From contig CDROCS010000615.1 of NCBI GenBank assembly GCA_977020255.1, forward strand, positions 1-64,000: a stretch of 64,000 nt of DNA, written 5' to 3'. Made by a program: the position numbers and the translations under genes. The stretch is from Obrimoposthia wandeli (Eukaryota). Position 1 is the first letter of the stretch. Each line of letters begins with the position of its first letter. Below, piece after piece: positions 13,521-24,979 of this stretch. A model generated the notes under the pieces. That model did no database searches. It was given only the letters and a program-made list of their open reading frames with translations, and was not told the origin of the DNA.

Positions 13521-13859
13521 TGTGTTCAAGCTTAACTTATATAATTTATTTTAACTAAATTAAATTAAACTATCTACTTTTAAAAATAAGTATTATATAA
13601 TTTGATAAATATGTTTAAACGTTCGTGTATCTATCTAACAAAGACAGTCACGTACTGCATCTATATTGCAAATACTTGCAACTTTATGTAATCAATAGTA
13701 ACAAGTCACGTACTACATTTATTCTTATACATGTATGTATGTGTGTGAGTGTCGTAGATATTTGTACCTATATTTATATTTTTGCATTTTTGAAGACTAA
13801 ATTAATTAATTTTTATGCAGGCTTCTTTAGTATATGTTCCCAAATCACTTTCTTCTAAA

Positions 13860-14020
13860 ATGAATAATATCTGGAAATATTTAGAATACCACAATTTACA
13901 AATTGATGTATTGAATGTATTTCCACTATTAAAGTGCTCAATGTGTTTCTCAATCCTGAGACAGCCCATGGTGGCTGTGTGTGGTTCCGATTTCTGTGAC
14001 GAGTGCATCCACAACTATAT
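13860..14020 (+). pseudogene. TRAF-like RING finger gene, 5' fragment
   Basis: MNNIWKYLEYHNL...KCSMCFSILRQPMVAVCGSDFCDECI is nearly identical to the gene starting at 26163. Confidence 0.8.
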
Positions 14021-14024
14021 TCGA

Positions 14025-14330
14025 CTAAAACTAGTTGATGGGAACATTTATTTCGATATTAAAGAAATAACTAAAGGGATTAAATGTGATTGAGTCAAGC
14101 AATATTCTATGTTTTAGATGAATATAATGGAGATAAAATCAAGATTATTAATAAATATTTTCCTAAATTTAGAACAATAAGTTACTGTAAAACGTTGAAA
14201 GAGCTCACCCCCATCCCATAAAATATTAGTTGTCCATATAATGAGCATGGACAACATTGCGCGTATTAAAAATTACTTTCTACAATTTTGGATTATTTAA
14301 ATTATAAATAAACGTATTTAGTTCTAAATT
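14025..14330 (+). pseudogene. C-terminal part of the exonuclease-like Polinton gene, second copy
   Basis: IFYVLDE...NISCPYNEHGQHCAY matches IYYVLDE...NIRCSFRDHGPYCAY at 33185-33538. Confidence 0.65.
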
Positions 14331-14536
14331 ATCTACTTTCAACTACAAGTAGTTAAATGTTGAATACAATTATTTGATTTGCTAATTCTTCTTTTCTATT
14401 TTTATTTGTTAATATTATTTCTAGATTTAGCTATATAAAGAAGAAAGAATAGAGACAAAACACTTTTCAAATCAATTATGACAAAAGTGAGTATTTTTAT
14501 TTTATATTTTTAAACTTTATTTTGTTAGGTTTGCAT

Positions 14537-14720
14537 TGTTGGGGTTTCTATATGAAACTCTGTGTTCTAATATAGATCCTCTTGAATGTGGAGGGCCCCA
14601 ACGTGAGTTCTATAGAAGCAGGTCTTAGGGATGGTTGTGGCCTACTTAATGTTATAGTTGCCTGTCTCAATTCTTATCTGAAGGTTTGTTTTTTGATGTC
14701 TCTTACTCTGAAGGGCTTAG
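14537..14720 (-). mobile_element. Ty3/Gypsy LTR 3' end fragment
   Basis: TGTTGGGGTTTCTATATGAAAC...GGAGGCCCCCAACGTGAGTTCT is homologous to the copy at 12554. Confidence 0.65.
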
Positions 14721-15129
14721 AACAATGCTTTCTAATGTAGGAAATCGTTTATTGTTAACACACTAGACTAAACAAAACAATACGTTTACGTACGTATTTT
14801 CTAAAAAGTTGTAGTAAAATTCCTAAGACTTCTGAAAGTCTCTACACCAGTGGGGATGAACCACGTATCGATTTTAGGTTTTAGGGTTGGTTGACGCTAG
14901 AGTTTTTACTCTAAAATTTCGGCAAGTTCGCAGAGTGTTGCTCTAAAGTACAAGTAGTTTACCGAGCTGTTGCTCTAGCACGGGATGAAGTTCAGTAGAG
15001 TTGTTGCTCTAATTTAGGCAATAATGCGGAATAATCCAATTTCAATTGCGGGGTAATCTCAATACAATTTCGGCAATTTAACGTAATTATGGGCAATTCA
15101 ATTTTATTCGATAATTAGTTTCACAATGT

Positions 15130-15722
15130 AATCAATAAAATTTCTTTTTTACTTTAAATTCAATGCAATTGATAAAAATTCCTTTTTTACTTTAGGTTCA
15201 ATAAAACTGTGAAAATTCCTTTTTTACTTTAAGTTCAATAAAACTGTGAAAATTCCTTGTTTACTTTAATCCAAATAAAACTGTGAAAATTCCTTTTTTG
15301 CTTTAAGTTCAATAAAACTATGAAACTTCCTTTTTTACTTTAGTTCAAATAAAACTGTGAAAATTCCCTTTTTACTTTAATCCAAATAAGACTGTGAAAA
15401 TTCCTTTTTTGCTTTAAGTTCAATAAAACTATGAAACTTCCTTTTTTACTTTAGTTCAAATAAAACTGTGAAAATTCCTTTTTTACTTTAGGTTCAATAA
15501 AACTGTGAAAATTCCTTTTTTACTTTAATTCAAATAAAACTGTGAAAATTCCTTTTTTACTTTAAGTTCAATAAAACTGTGAAAATTCCTTTTTTACTTT
15601 AAGTTCAATAAAACTGTGAAAATTCCTTTTTTACTTTAAGTTCAATAAAACTGTGAAAATTCCTTTTTTACTTTAAGTTCAATAAAACTGTGAAAATTCC
15701 TTTTTTACTTTAAGTTCAATAA
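15130..15722. repeat. 37-bp tandem array, about 16 copies
   Basis: Unit AATAAAACTGTGAAAATTCCTTTTTTACTTTAAGTTC, with no spacers. Confidence 0.95.
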
Positions 15723-15903
15723 TTTTACTCCTATTTATCGGCTCACCTCCACTTTAAAATTCCGAGGTCTAAAATCCGTGCGAGGTGCTGTCCGCTTGTT
15801 GGTTCGGTAGCGCAGTAGCGAGTTGTCGGATAGATGGCTCGATCCGAATCCTTTCTATTAATTCTATTAACTCTATTGGGAATTTGCGTGTTTTACCTCA
15901 GTT

Positions 15904-16070
15904 TCTTCTCGGAATCAGTAACTTCTCGGAATCAGTAACTTCTCGGAATCAATAACTTCTCGGAATCAGTAACTTCTCAGAATCAGTAACTTCTCGGAAT
16001 CAGTAACTTCTCGGAATCAATAACTTCTCGGAATCAATAACTTCTCGGAATCAGTAACTTCTCGGAATCA
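15904..16070. repeat. 17-bp tandem array, about 10 copies
   Basis: Unit CTTCTCGGAATCAGTAA. Confidence 0.95.
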
Positions 16071-16719
16071 GCAAACTGCGAAACTGTAAGTGTGTGTGAC
16101 TTTATATTCAATTACCTCGTCAGTTGTCTCCCTGATCTGGTCCTGCTGGCGCGGCGGTGATGGCTCGATCACGATGACTGTTGCTGCTGTATCGCTGCTG
16201 TGTTGCTGCTGTATTGCTGCTGTGTTGCTGCTGTATTGCTGCTGTTTTGCTGCTGTGTTGCTGCTGTATTGCTGCTCCGACACCGTGGGAATTTGTTGCG
16301 GCGCTGTTGAATTCTGTCCAAGTATGACAGTTTCTTACTAATTTCTTTTTTCTTACGGTGATGATGATTGATTTCCTGACTGCAGCTGTTTTGGCTCCCA
16401 CGCTATTTGGTACTTATTCTTCGTCAATTAATTGATTAATTCGCTTCGTTTTCTTATTTCTTGGTTAATTCTTTTTGGGGCCCTTTTGTTTTGATTTAAC
16501 TTAATATATACTCACGCATTACACACGACCATCGTGGTCCTTTAATATTTATTTACTATTTAAACTCGACAATTTATTTTTGATATAAAATTTATTTAAT
16601 TCTAACCTTGCTTTCAAGGATTTTTATTCACTATAAATACACTTCATTATTTAATTTTTTACAATTCCTAAACCTAACAGCATCATAAACAAGAATCCTT
16701 GTTACCTGTGTAATAAGCG

Positions 16720-17200
16720 TTGTGTCGGGAGTTACGAGATGACGATCACATGACATGGAAATATCTTGGAGTAGCACTTAGCAAGTTCAATATATCCAGA
16801 CGTCTGCATCGTATTCTCCTAGTGGTTTTCCATAACCTGAGAGGGTACCATCTCCATCATATTTTGAAGCATGCGCTGAGCAAGTTTCCTAACTTCAGCA
16901 TTTCGGGGATTCCCCATTCAATGGGAAAATTTCAGGCAATGCTTGCGCACATAGATGGAGTGTGTTTTCAATTTATCGATTCACTGCAGTTCCTGGATAG
17001 CAGTCTCGAGAAACTGGTTGAGAATCTTGATGATGTGCTTCTAACGCACTGGGTCATCCACTCTTGTTACCGGAAAGGGCATCTTCCCATATGATAGGGC
17101 GGTATCAGATACTACTCTCCGATCAATCTCAAGCCTTCCCTCAAAATGGAATGAGGAAATCCCAAATGATCAATATGAGTTGGCAGATAAGGTGTGAACC
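16720..17200 (+). pseudogene. Second PolB fragment (exonuclease region)
   Basis: DDDHMTWKYLG, VFHNLRGYHLHHILKHA and FQFIDSLQFLDSSLEKLV are homologous to 4803-5642. Confidence 0.85.
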
Positions 17201-17613
17201 GAGCTCAAAAAAAAAAAAGAGCCAGGAGAAAAGTAAAGTTTGTCCAATCAGTTACAGGAGGTAGAGAGAAACGATAGTGATTCTACAAGACCGCATAGTG
17301 ATCGACAAAGAATCTGGCCACAAAGCTTGTCTTCGGAGGGGAAAACTGTCCGAGTGAGATAGTTAAAACTGTGTCCAGCTGCACTCACACGTAACATAAA
17401 TCAATAAATTGGTTCACATATACAGCTATGGAGAAAAAGGAATTATGTATGAGAGTGAGAGTTTGGATGTGAGTGTGGATGAGAGTGTGGATGATGGATG
17501 AAAATAATGGATCCTAAGTCAGTCAATCTGACAGCCGATCCTGACAACACTGGATCAAAGTCGATCAACCGCTGTATCCCGGCCAAATATGCGCATTCTG
17601 ATTCTTTTTCTCC

Positions 17614-17700
17614 TTATCTCTGACTTCGCGGGAATTTTGCCCACCGCGAAGCCAGATATAAGTTTGCCACCCCTTGATGAGCCCGGCGAGGCAAAGGATA
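17614..17700 (+). ncRNA. Hairpin plus degenerate hammerhead ribozyme (likely inactive)
   Basis: 18-bp stem with 16/18 pairs, then TTGATGAGCCCGGCGAGGCAAA, which aligns to the intact hammerhead at 18356. Confidence 0.55.
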
Positions 17701-17942
17701 TAACAAAAATGCCAAAGTGCATTATTAATCGAAAAAATATTTCCCTAATGAAGGAAATTTCAAACAACATTTCACTAGGGAAATGACTTCTAATTTTCTA
17801 TATTTTCAATGAATTATAATTTGTTTTCATTAAAATGTTTTAATTAATTCTAACAAATACTACTCATAAAAACAACATGCCCACAAAAACATTCCCAACA
17901 CAATTATGAATTCCAAGTTGAAATTGTTGAATGTACCAGTAA

Positions 17943-18197
17943 CTAATTTAGGTAATTCAATTGAATCCACTCTTGTCCTGGTATAATTAATTTTTGTATT
18001 AAACACGTCAAATTGTTATTTGAAAATTGTGACGATTTTCGTCTGCATTGGCGACTATATTCTGCCACAACACACAACGCACACAGAAGAATATGGATCG
18101 ACAGGAGAAAGACCTGCACAATAATTGTTGGAGTGCAGTAGTTGTTTATGCTGCTAATTTCAGGTAAGTTAAAAAGGGGAGAGAGATATGTGGCCAC
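17943..18197 (-). CDS. Hypothetical ORF inside the Polinton derivative
   Basis: 84-aa ORF starting with ATG; no motif recognised. Confidence 0.25.
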   Translation of the reverse strand: MATYLSPLFNLPEISSINNYCTPTIIVQVFLLSIHILLCALCVVAEYSRQCRRKSSQFSNNNLTCLIQKLIIPGQEWIQLNYLN

Positions 18198-18355
18198 GGT
18201 GTGTGTGTGTGCACATGATGATGATGTTGCTGATGATTATGATTTTGTGTATGTGTGTGATTATTGATTTTTTGCACATTTGCATTTTTAAATGAGTCAT
18301 TATTATATCTGGCTTCGCGGGCGTTTGCTCACTGTGATGTCATAGATAATGCCAC

Positions 18356-18401
18356 CTCCCTGACGAGCCCGGAAGGGCGAAACGGGTTTATTCCGTCGGA
18401 G
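18356..18401 (+). ncRNA. Type I hammerhead ribozyme
   Basis: CTCC (stem I) - CTGACGA - GCCC GGAA GGGC (stem II) - GAA - ACGG GTTTATT CCGT (stem III) - C (GUC cleavage triplet at 18395-18397) - GGAG (stem I). Confidence 0.85.
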
Positions 18402-18547
18402 ATTGAAAATAAAAATATCTCCCTGATTGTGGACACTTCAGTTAAATGTCAATTTAAATGAATTGACTCAAATTAATTAATTTTTAATCACAACATTTGG
18501 TTTCATTCATTCATTGTGTAATTTTTTTTTTTTTTTTTAGTATAGTT

Positions 18548-18906
18548 TTAATAATCAATTTCAGTAATCAAATTTAGAAAATACTTTTTAAACTTATTTA
18601 ATTTCATCAATCTATTAGCCTTTGTTAGAGTATTTTCCTTTTCCCCATTCCCATTCTTATGTGGCCCTAATGAGGAGTTCATGTGTTTTGTGCATGCCTT
18701 TATGCTTCTAGAATGATGCGGTTCCCATAAAAGCAGAAGCAAAGGAAGACAGGAAGCTCCGTAACCTCAAACGCTTCTTTATTTAAGAATGGCTCGATGA
18801 GGCGTGTCTTTTCTTCCAAAACGCACTTGCTTTCCATTATTTTTCTATAATATTCTCCATAGTTAAAATAATGACAAGACAGGAAAAATGTTTCTTCTTT
18901 ATACAC
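18548..18906 (-). pseudogene. Hypothetical frameshifted ORF inside the Polinton derivative
   Basis: Two overlapping ORFs (18700-18906 and 18548-18742) probably represent one broken gene. Confidence 0.25.
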
Positions 18907-19309
18907 TTTTGGTATAATTAATATATGATGCAGAAAAACAAATTTGATTTTTATTTAAAATTAATATTATAATATTATATGGAATTAAAAAAGAATCGTA
19001 TGATTAAAGTAATTATATATATTTTTTGCAATTACATAACATTAACATGATATATAATAACTTTAATATTTTATTTAACAATATTTGTTTATTATATTTT
19101 TTAAAAGAACTTAAAAGAGTAATTATATTCTATATTTAGAAACACAGAAAAATATTTCAACTCCATTTATTTATCTACTTTTAAAGTATAAGTAGATTAG
19201 ATATAAAAACGTTTATATATATTTTTGTAAAAATAATTATTGAATTTTTTTTATTACTTTATTTTAAAAGGAATAAATTTTTGAAGAAAATGAATTACAT
19301 TTTTTTTCT

Positions 19310-19884
19310 CTTGAAAATGATGTATAAGTGGTTTTAAAACTTTTTAATTTTGGCCCCAAAAATTTTTGAAAATTTAAATATAAAAATTCTTTAAATAAGT
19401 TTTAAACCTTTTTAAAAAAATCTAAAAAATTAAAGGTCTACCCATGAAGGTCTATCCAAGGTCTGACCGATCTCTGACCAAATTTATTATCTATAATATC
19501 AAAAAATAGAAAATTGAAATTTTTTGAAGGGTTTGAAGGTTTTTGACCATTTAAGGTGTAACCCTCGAGGGTCTGGTTAACCCTGGTCGAAGCTACGAAC
19601 TCTTATGTATCCTTTGGTGAAGACCGCATGTCAAAAATATGTATGGTTTATCTTGAAAGTACATAACTACTATAGTATTTCTCGACTGTCAACGGATGTC
19701 TGCGAATGTCTACGAATGTGAACTGAGTAGACATTTGACGGAGGATGAGTCATCATCCGTAACCAATGACATCATCGTCCGTTGAAATGAGTCATACTTT
19801 AAGAAAAACAAAGACACCTATCCGTCGAACGGCTACTCTGTGGGGTTCAAATGTCTTTGTTCCAAAAGACACACATCCCCTACT
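19310..19884 (-). repeat. Polinton long-type right TIR
   Basis: Reverse complement starts AGTAGGGGATGTGTGTCTTTTGGAACAAAG. Its inner part (19310-19560) is colinear with 57600-57915. Confidence 0.75.
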
Positions 19885-19947
19885 GACCGGATGATTTTTT
19901 TAGACTTCTACAATTTTAATGTAGATTAGGCTTTTTGATTGAGTTAG

Positions 19948-20613
19948 TGTTGGCTGCCACTATAAAATTAATACCGTTCCGTGGACGAAACTTTCTTTAA
20001 ACCCCAGAGGTAAGTTAGATTAAGAAAAATTGAAAATAAGATAAATAATAATTATTTATACTAAAAATGTTAACCTTAAAATCAAAAATCAAAATGAATT
20101 TAAATAGAAAATGAAAAATAAAATGATTTTAGAATAAAATGTCGAATTAAAATAAATTAGGACCTTGAAGAGGTAGTGGAAAATTATGTATAAAATAAGT
20201 AGAATAGTGTAAAAAAGGGCCGAAAGATACAGAATTGAGAAGATATATAAATAAAATTGTAAAATTAATCAACGAAGGTAAAAAGGTAATTTTTGGTGAG
20301 AAATTTACCATCTGTTAGAAAATCACTTGTCTTGAGGAATCTCTCAAGCTCTCACATTATCCCGATGTAATTTTGTTATATAAGAAAATTAATTGTTACG
20401 AGTTTGCAAAAACAATATTGACTGAATTGAAACGAATACGTTGTTACGAAAATTTTGCAGAAAATGTTGGAGAATCAGAACCTTCAGATTTGAGACTCGA
20501 ATTAAGTAAGATATAAATAGGTAGGCCAAAAACATCTGTAAGCCCTATCGATACAGAACTCAGTTTTGGGCCTCCATACGAGGATTTAAGAGTTTCAATT
20601 AGAAATCCCAACA
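19948..20613 (+). mobile_element. Ty3/Gypsy LTR
   Basis: TGTTGG...CCAACA termini. The last ~140 bp are homologous to the LTR ends at 12554 and 58168. The 5' boundary is tentative. Confidence 0.6.
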
Positions 20614-20972
20614 TGTGTGTGCATATAATGAGAGGAAGACCTAGAGATCGACGATCATGAGCTGCATGTAGTATTGATGGTAGAAGTTGACGACAAGAGT
20701 TTACAGCCGGAAAAATGGACAAGACTCGTTTAAGATAAAAGTTGTTCTCAAACTTTACTTCAATCACAAATCCAATTGGCTCTCAGTGATCCACTCTACC
20801 TGCGATACGATTTCCCTCACTTATCTCCAATCTCGTTAATGTCATTGTTATCTCTGGCTTTGCAGGTGTTTTTTGGACTCTCTTTTCGGTTGGGGTAGTG
20901 TAAGAATTCGAGCGGCTTTAAACTGCTAGATTTTGTGCTTCATCCCTTTTGACGCGATGGTTTGAATTTTAT

Positions 20973-22810
20973 TCAGCCTTTTGTGTAGTGCGTCAGAGAG
21001 AGGCTGCGAGTTGAAGGTTCTGCCTTTTGCTCGTCTAATCTAATGGGGTGAGGGTCGGGTTTTGCAGGAAGATTCCAGGAGATGACTATGAAATGATTGC
21101 CTCGCTCGAAATTTAAGGAAATTTTTTTCCTCGTGGTGAGAGTTGGGTGGCGTTTCGAAGTATAAACTCGAGCGCTGGCTAAAGTTCTGAGTCTGACGCA
21201 AGTCAGGCGGCCATGGAAACGGCTTCTAAATTTACCGTCTCTTATACTAGCTGGTATAGGGGGATGGCCGAGGTCCGGGTTGGCAATAACCTTCTCAGAG
21301 CACTCGGATAAAGAAGGGTCCTCGTTCGTTAAGGAGGGTCTTGAGTAGTGGTAAGAATGAGAATTCATGGCTTCGACACGTTAACCTTGGAACGTTGCCC
21401 AAGCGTTGGCCTTTTAAAGTCTTGTACTCGAACGGTCTTGCTAGTGAATGAAGGTGGAGAATAAAGTGCGATCACTCGCTCTAAACGCTACATTTGTAGT
21501 CGTTCGACAATAGGTTTCAGTAGAAACTTTATATCTCCACATCCGAGAAAGTCCATGCTCGTTCTTGTAGAGGTCCGGGTAGAATCCGTAAACTTCTTTG
21601 TCAACAAGAAACTGCATGGTGGCGTTCGATCAGAAACCTGTTTCAGGGAGCGGAACTCAGTCACGGGAAGCTGTCGGGATATGAACTTACGTTGAAGGTT
21701 GAATCGTTATAAAAAGGCATTGAGTAGTGGTCTGAATGAGAATTCTTGACTTCGAATCCCTGTCGCGGAACGTCAACCAATACTCAAGGAACGCAAGGAA
21801 TGGTCTCGTTAGTATCAAATGTGGGGAATAAAGTGCGATCGCTCGATATGATTATAGGTAGATTTTCTTTGTACCCTATGTTATCTTAACGGATAAGGTA
21901 CGAAAGTTGCACAGTAGAAACTCTATACCCCACATCGTGAAAGTCCAGTAGTAGAAAGTCTAGATGAGTTCCGACGTAAAACCCCGGTCCGGCAATTTCT
22001 AGTAGTGTCTTGGCGACGTCGGAGAAGTCCATGCCACGAACCGCGACTGTGTCCCGGGGAGCTACCGGATGATGGACTTACGTTAATGGGTTGATCGTTC
22101 ATCTACACTGGGTAGTGGTCTGAATGTGAATTCACGATTTCAACCTTGTGTCTCGGAACATCACCCACGCGGGACTTAGTACGGACCTTTAACGATGAAA
22201 GGAACGGCTTCGATCGCTCAGGCTGAATATGGAAAATAGAACATGAGTATCTTCAGGTAAGAAAAGGTACTCAAAGAAGTTCTATATATCCACCCGTTAA
22301 GTCCAGGAAATCTGGAGGAGGTACGGGGTAAACCAGACTCCACTCAGGAAACTGGCGGCGTAGTACTCAGAGGTAGGTGTCACAATTCGTTGGGCACTGG
22401 CATATGTATCTATGTTATACAATGGTTGAAGCGCTCATAAGAGGCAGGGGGCAGTGGTCTAAATGTGAATTAATGACTTCAGCTCTTTGTGACGTCAATC
22501 GAGAGGGGCCTATTACGAAAGGAACGGTCTCGACAGAATCGACGGTGGGGAGTAGCTATTTTGTTGCCAGGAGGCACATATTACATAGTTTTGCACACTA
22601 TTGCTCCGCACTTGTAAAATCCGTGGAGATCTGGAGGAGTTCCGGGGTCAAACCCAATCTTCACTATCCAGGAACTTCACGGTGGCGTAAGGACAGAAGT
22701 CTGAGTCACAAACCGTGATATCAGGTTCTGCTACCAACCTCGATTTTCGGATCGGGTACGGCGCTGAGTCCGTTGTGGGGAAGGGCAAGGATGATGGAAT
22801 TACGTAAACG
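20973..22810 (-). pseudogene. Decayed ORF with four ~120-aa repeats of an unidentified domain
   Basis: Repeat period ~340-390 bp. Motifs DVPR..E(V/I)xNSHxDHY, ETVPF and LFPTF recur with synonymous third-position changes. Confidence 0.6.
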
Positions 22811-23039
22811 CTCTCTTCGGAGTTGCCCCTTGAGCGGTGATAGTTAATGGGGGAGATCCTGCTACTGAATCAAGTCCTTCGGGTCTTGACTAAACGCCGG
22901 ATACGAGCTTGATACTTTCACGTGGCTTGGGGATTAACAGTCCTGACTTTAGGGACATTTCCACCGCATGGTGATAGCCGGATATTAGATTCGTCTACTA
23001 GCAAAAGTCCCAAGTCTAGCACGGTAGGTCCCAGTATGT

Positions 23040-24690
23040 TGGGATCTGCAGTTTTGATGTGCTATGGCGGCTCCGCATGAGCTTATTATAAATAACTTCC
23101 GATGGATCACACAGCGATGTGGTAGAAAGACGTCCGGAAACTTAGAGTTCACACCTTTGGGTTGACGGTTCTGTTTAGGTAACACTTGCCAAATCACTGG
23201 TGAGCCCATGTCAGAGTAGATCGGTCATATAAGTTGATTAAAATTTGGCCTTTGATGAATGTACAAATCCGAGAAGAGTAAAAAGATGGGAAATATCTGA
23301 AATGTTTTATTGCGCGATTGAGAAAGAAGTTCAAACTGCTCATAAAAGTCTCCACAATCACCGAGATGGAATACGCAAAGTGAAGGTAAATATGATAAAT
23401 GTCGATCACATTGAGCCAGAGGAAAGGGAAGTCAGAAGAGGGGAAAGGCTCACACAATCTCCACAGTGATGACGACAGAGTCCTTCTTCATGGCTCTTGC
23501 GTGTCCTGTGAGACTGAAATAAGGAGAAGAACAAACGCGGACTCGATCATCCTTCTGCGGTCTCTGACCATTGCCAGTCCACGACTTAGACCAAATCTCC
23601 ATCCCGGAGTCGGGGTCCGTCACCCACAGTCGCAGAGGCAGCCTCATTGGCCACTGCAGTGCGGCATCTTCTGATGATCCTACCAGGCAGAGTTCTGTCC
23701 AGATAGAGTTGCCACTAAACAACCCCAGCTCCAGTTGCATGTGGTATCCTCGGAGGAGGAATGTGCTGCTATATTGACCTCTCTCTATGACTCGTGTCGC
23801 AGTCCAGATGTGCCGGTCCGCGGTCGCCGGTGCTCGATGAAGCGATGTCGCTCCCGCTCGGCCCTGCGCACACACAAACAGCTGCTCATTCCACATTCCA
23901 CACAGCACCATCGTCCGGGCGACCTCTCAATCGCGACACCGATTTACCTCTTCCGAGAGCCACCGCCGATATTTACTACCCGGACAATTTACCGCACAAC
24001 CACAGCCCATAAAAGGGAATACTCGAAAAAATTACATACACCAAACACAGCAGGAATTATAACAATTCTCCACACCAATACATCAGACATTTGCCGGAGC
24101 TGAAACAACCACAATGAGAATACACTGCAGAAACAATCGGCAGAAAACAAAATAACAATTTCCCAATCAGAAGCTCAAACTCCGAAAACGGAGCCAGACA
24201 CCGCATAGTAACAAACAAGCACCATCGTCATCAAATGTTGGGCCAGAGCTGAAAAACGTCGAGTAAAGATGAATTCTACCTCGAAGAGCGACTACTGCAA
24301 ACTTGACTCAACAACACAAGCTGAAGTTCACCTCATAGGTGACGTCCTCACTACACTCAACAGAGCCGCATTCTTTAGCAAAATCAAAAAAGAATATGGG
24401 AACATAAAACAAACAGGGAATAGCTCCAAAAGAAACATCACACATTCAAACCCACACTAAAACACTCACAAGACGTTGTAAAATCACACAACATTCACAA
24501 CTTCGAGGGAGGAACCCACGTATCAAATAATACGATTAAACAAAGCAATAAAACCTCCACAATGAAGGGAAATGAAAGAGGCCACATACAACAAGAATCT
24601 CAAATCCAGGATAGACAAGAAGAGAAACCCAAATTCGACATTTCTAACCGAACAGGCCGCACTCAGATAATGCCAACCAATGCCCAAACT
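23040..24690 (+). pseudogene. Ty3/Gypsy gag remnant
   Basis: Across frames: GSA*AYYK*LPMDHTAMW, CQITGEPMSE* (major-homology-like) and LAFDECTNP..ISEMFYCAI, followed by a low-complexity tail. Confidence 0.5.
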
Positions 24691-24979
24691 TGACACTGCT
24701 GATCACGCTCGGATAAATGAAGATATTGTGGAAATAAAATAACCCCACACACAAAATTGTTCCACACTAAAATGAGGGAGGCTCACTGTGATGATAAAAT
24801 AATGAGTAGCTGGCGTAATAATCCCACTCGCACCTGACAATGTCAATTTACAACACTTATATTGATTAACTCCCTCGATCTCAGTTCCCAATGTTGCCCT
24901 TTCATCGATCCCATCTCAGCATCGCCGATTCCCTGTGAAAGTGGCTCCATTCGTCACTGATTTTGCTGCAGAACATCAA

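Larger units (their letters stand above)
13147..19884. mobile_element. Deleted Polinton derivative bounded by inverted AGTAG termini
   Basis: Inverted TIR-like ends enclose RING, exonuclease-like and PolB fragments. No TSD found, so the two ends may belong to different copies. Confidence 0.5.

Noticed and set aside
15800-15850. tRNA gene
   Set aside because: A-box and B-box-like motifs are too close together and no cloverleaf forms.
15130-16070. CRISPR-like arrays (also 5930-6385 and 61593-61777)
   Set aside because: Head-to-tail repeats without unique spacers, no cas genes, and a eukaryotic context.
20444-20767. Integrase zinc-finger-like ORF (ILHAAHD)
   Set aside because: It runs antisense through an LTR end and lacks the second His and the Cys pair.
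21340-22810. RNase P/MRP-like or tRNA-like RNA array (GAAAGTCC, TGGACTTA, TAGTGGT...TTCGAATCC)
   Set aside because: Spacing does not fit these RNAs. The conserved blocks are better explained by minus-strand codons with synonymous variation.
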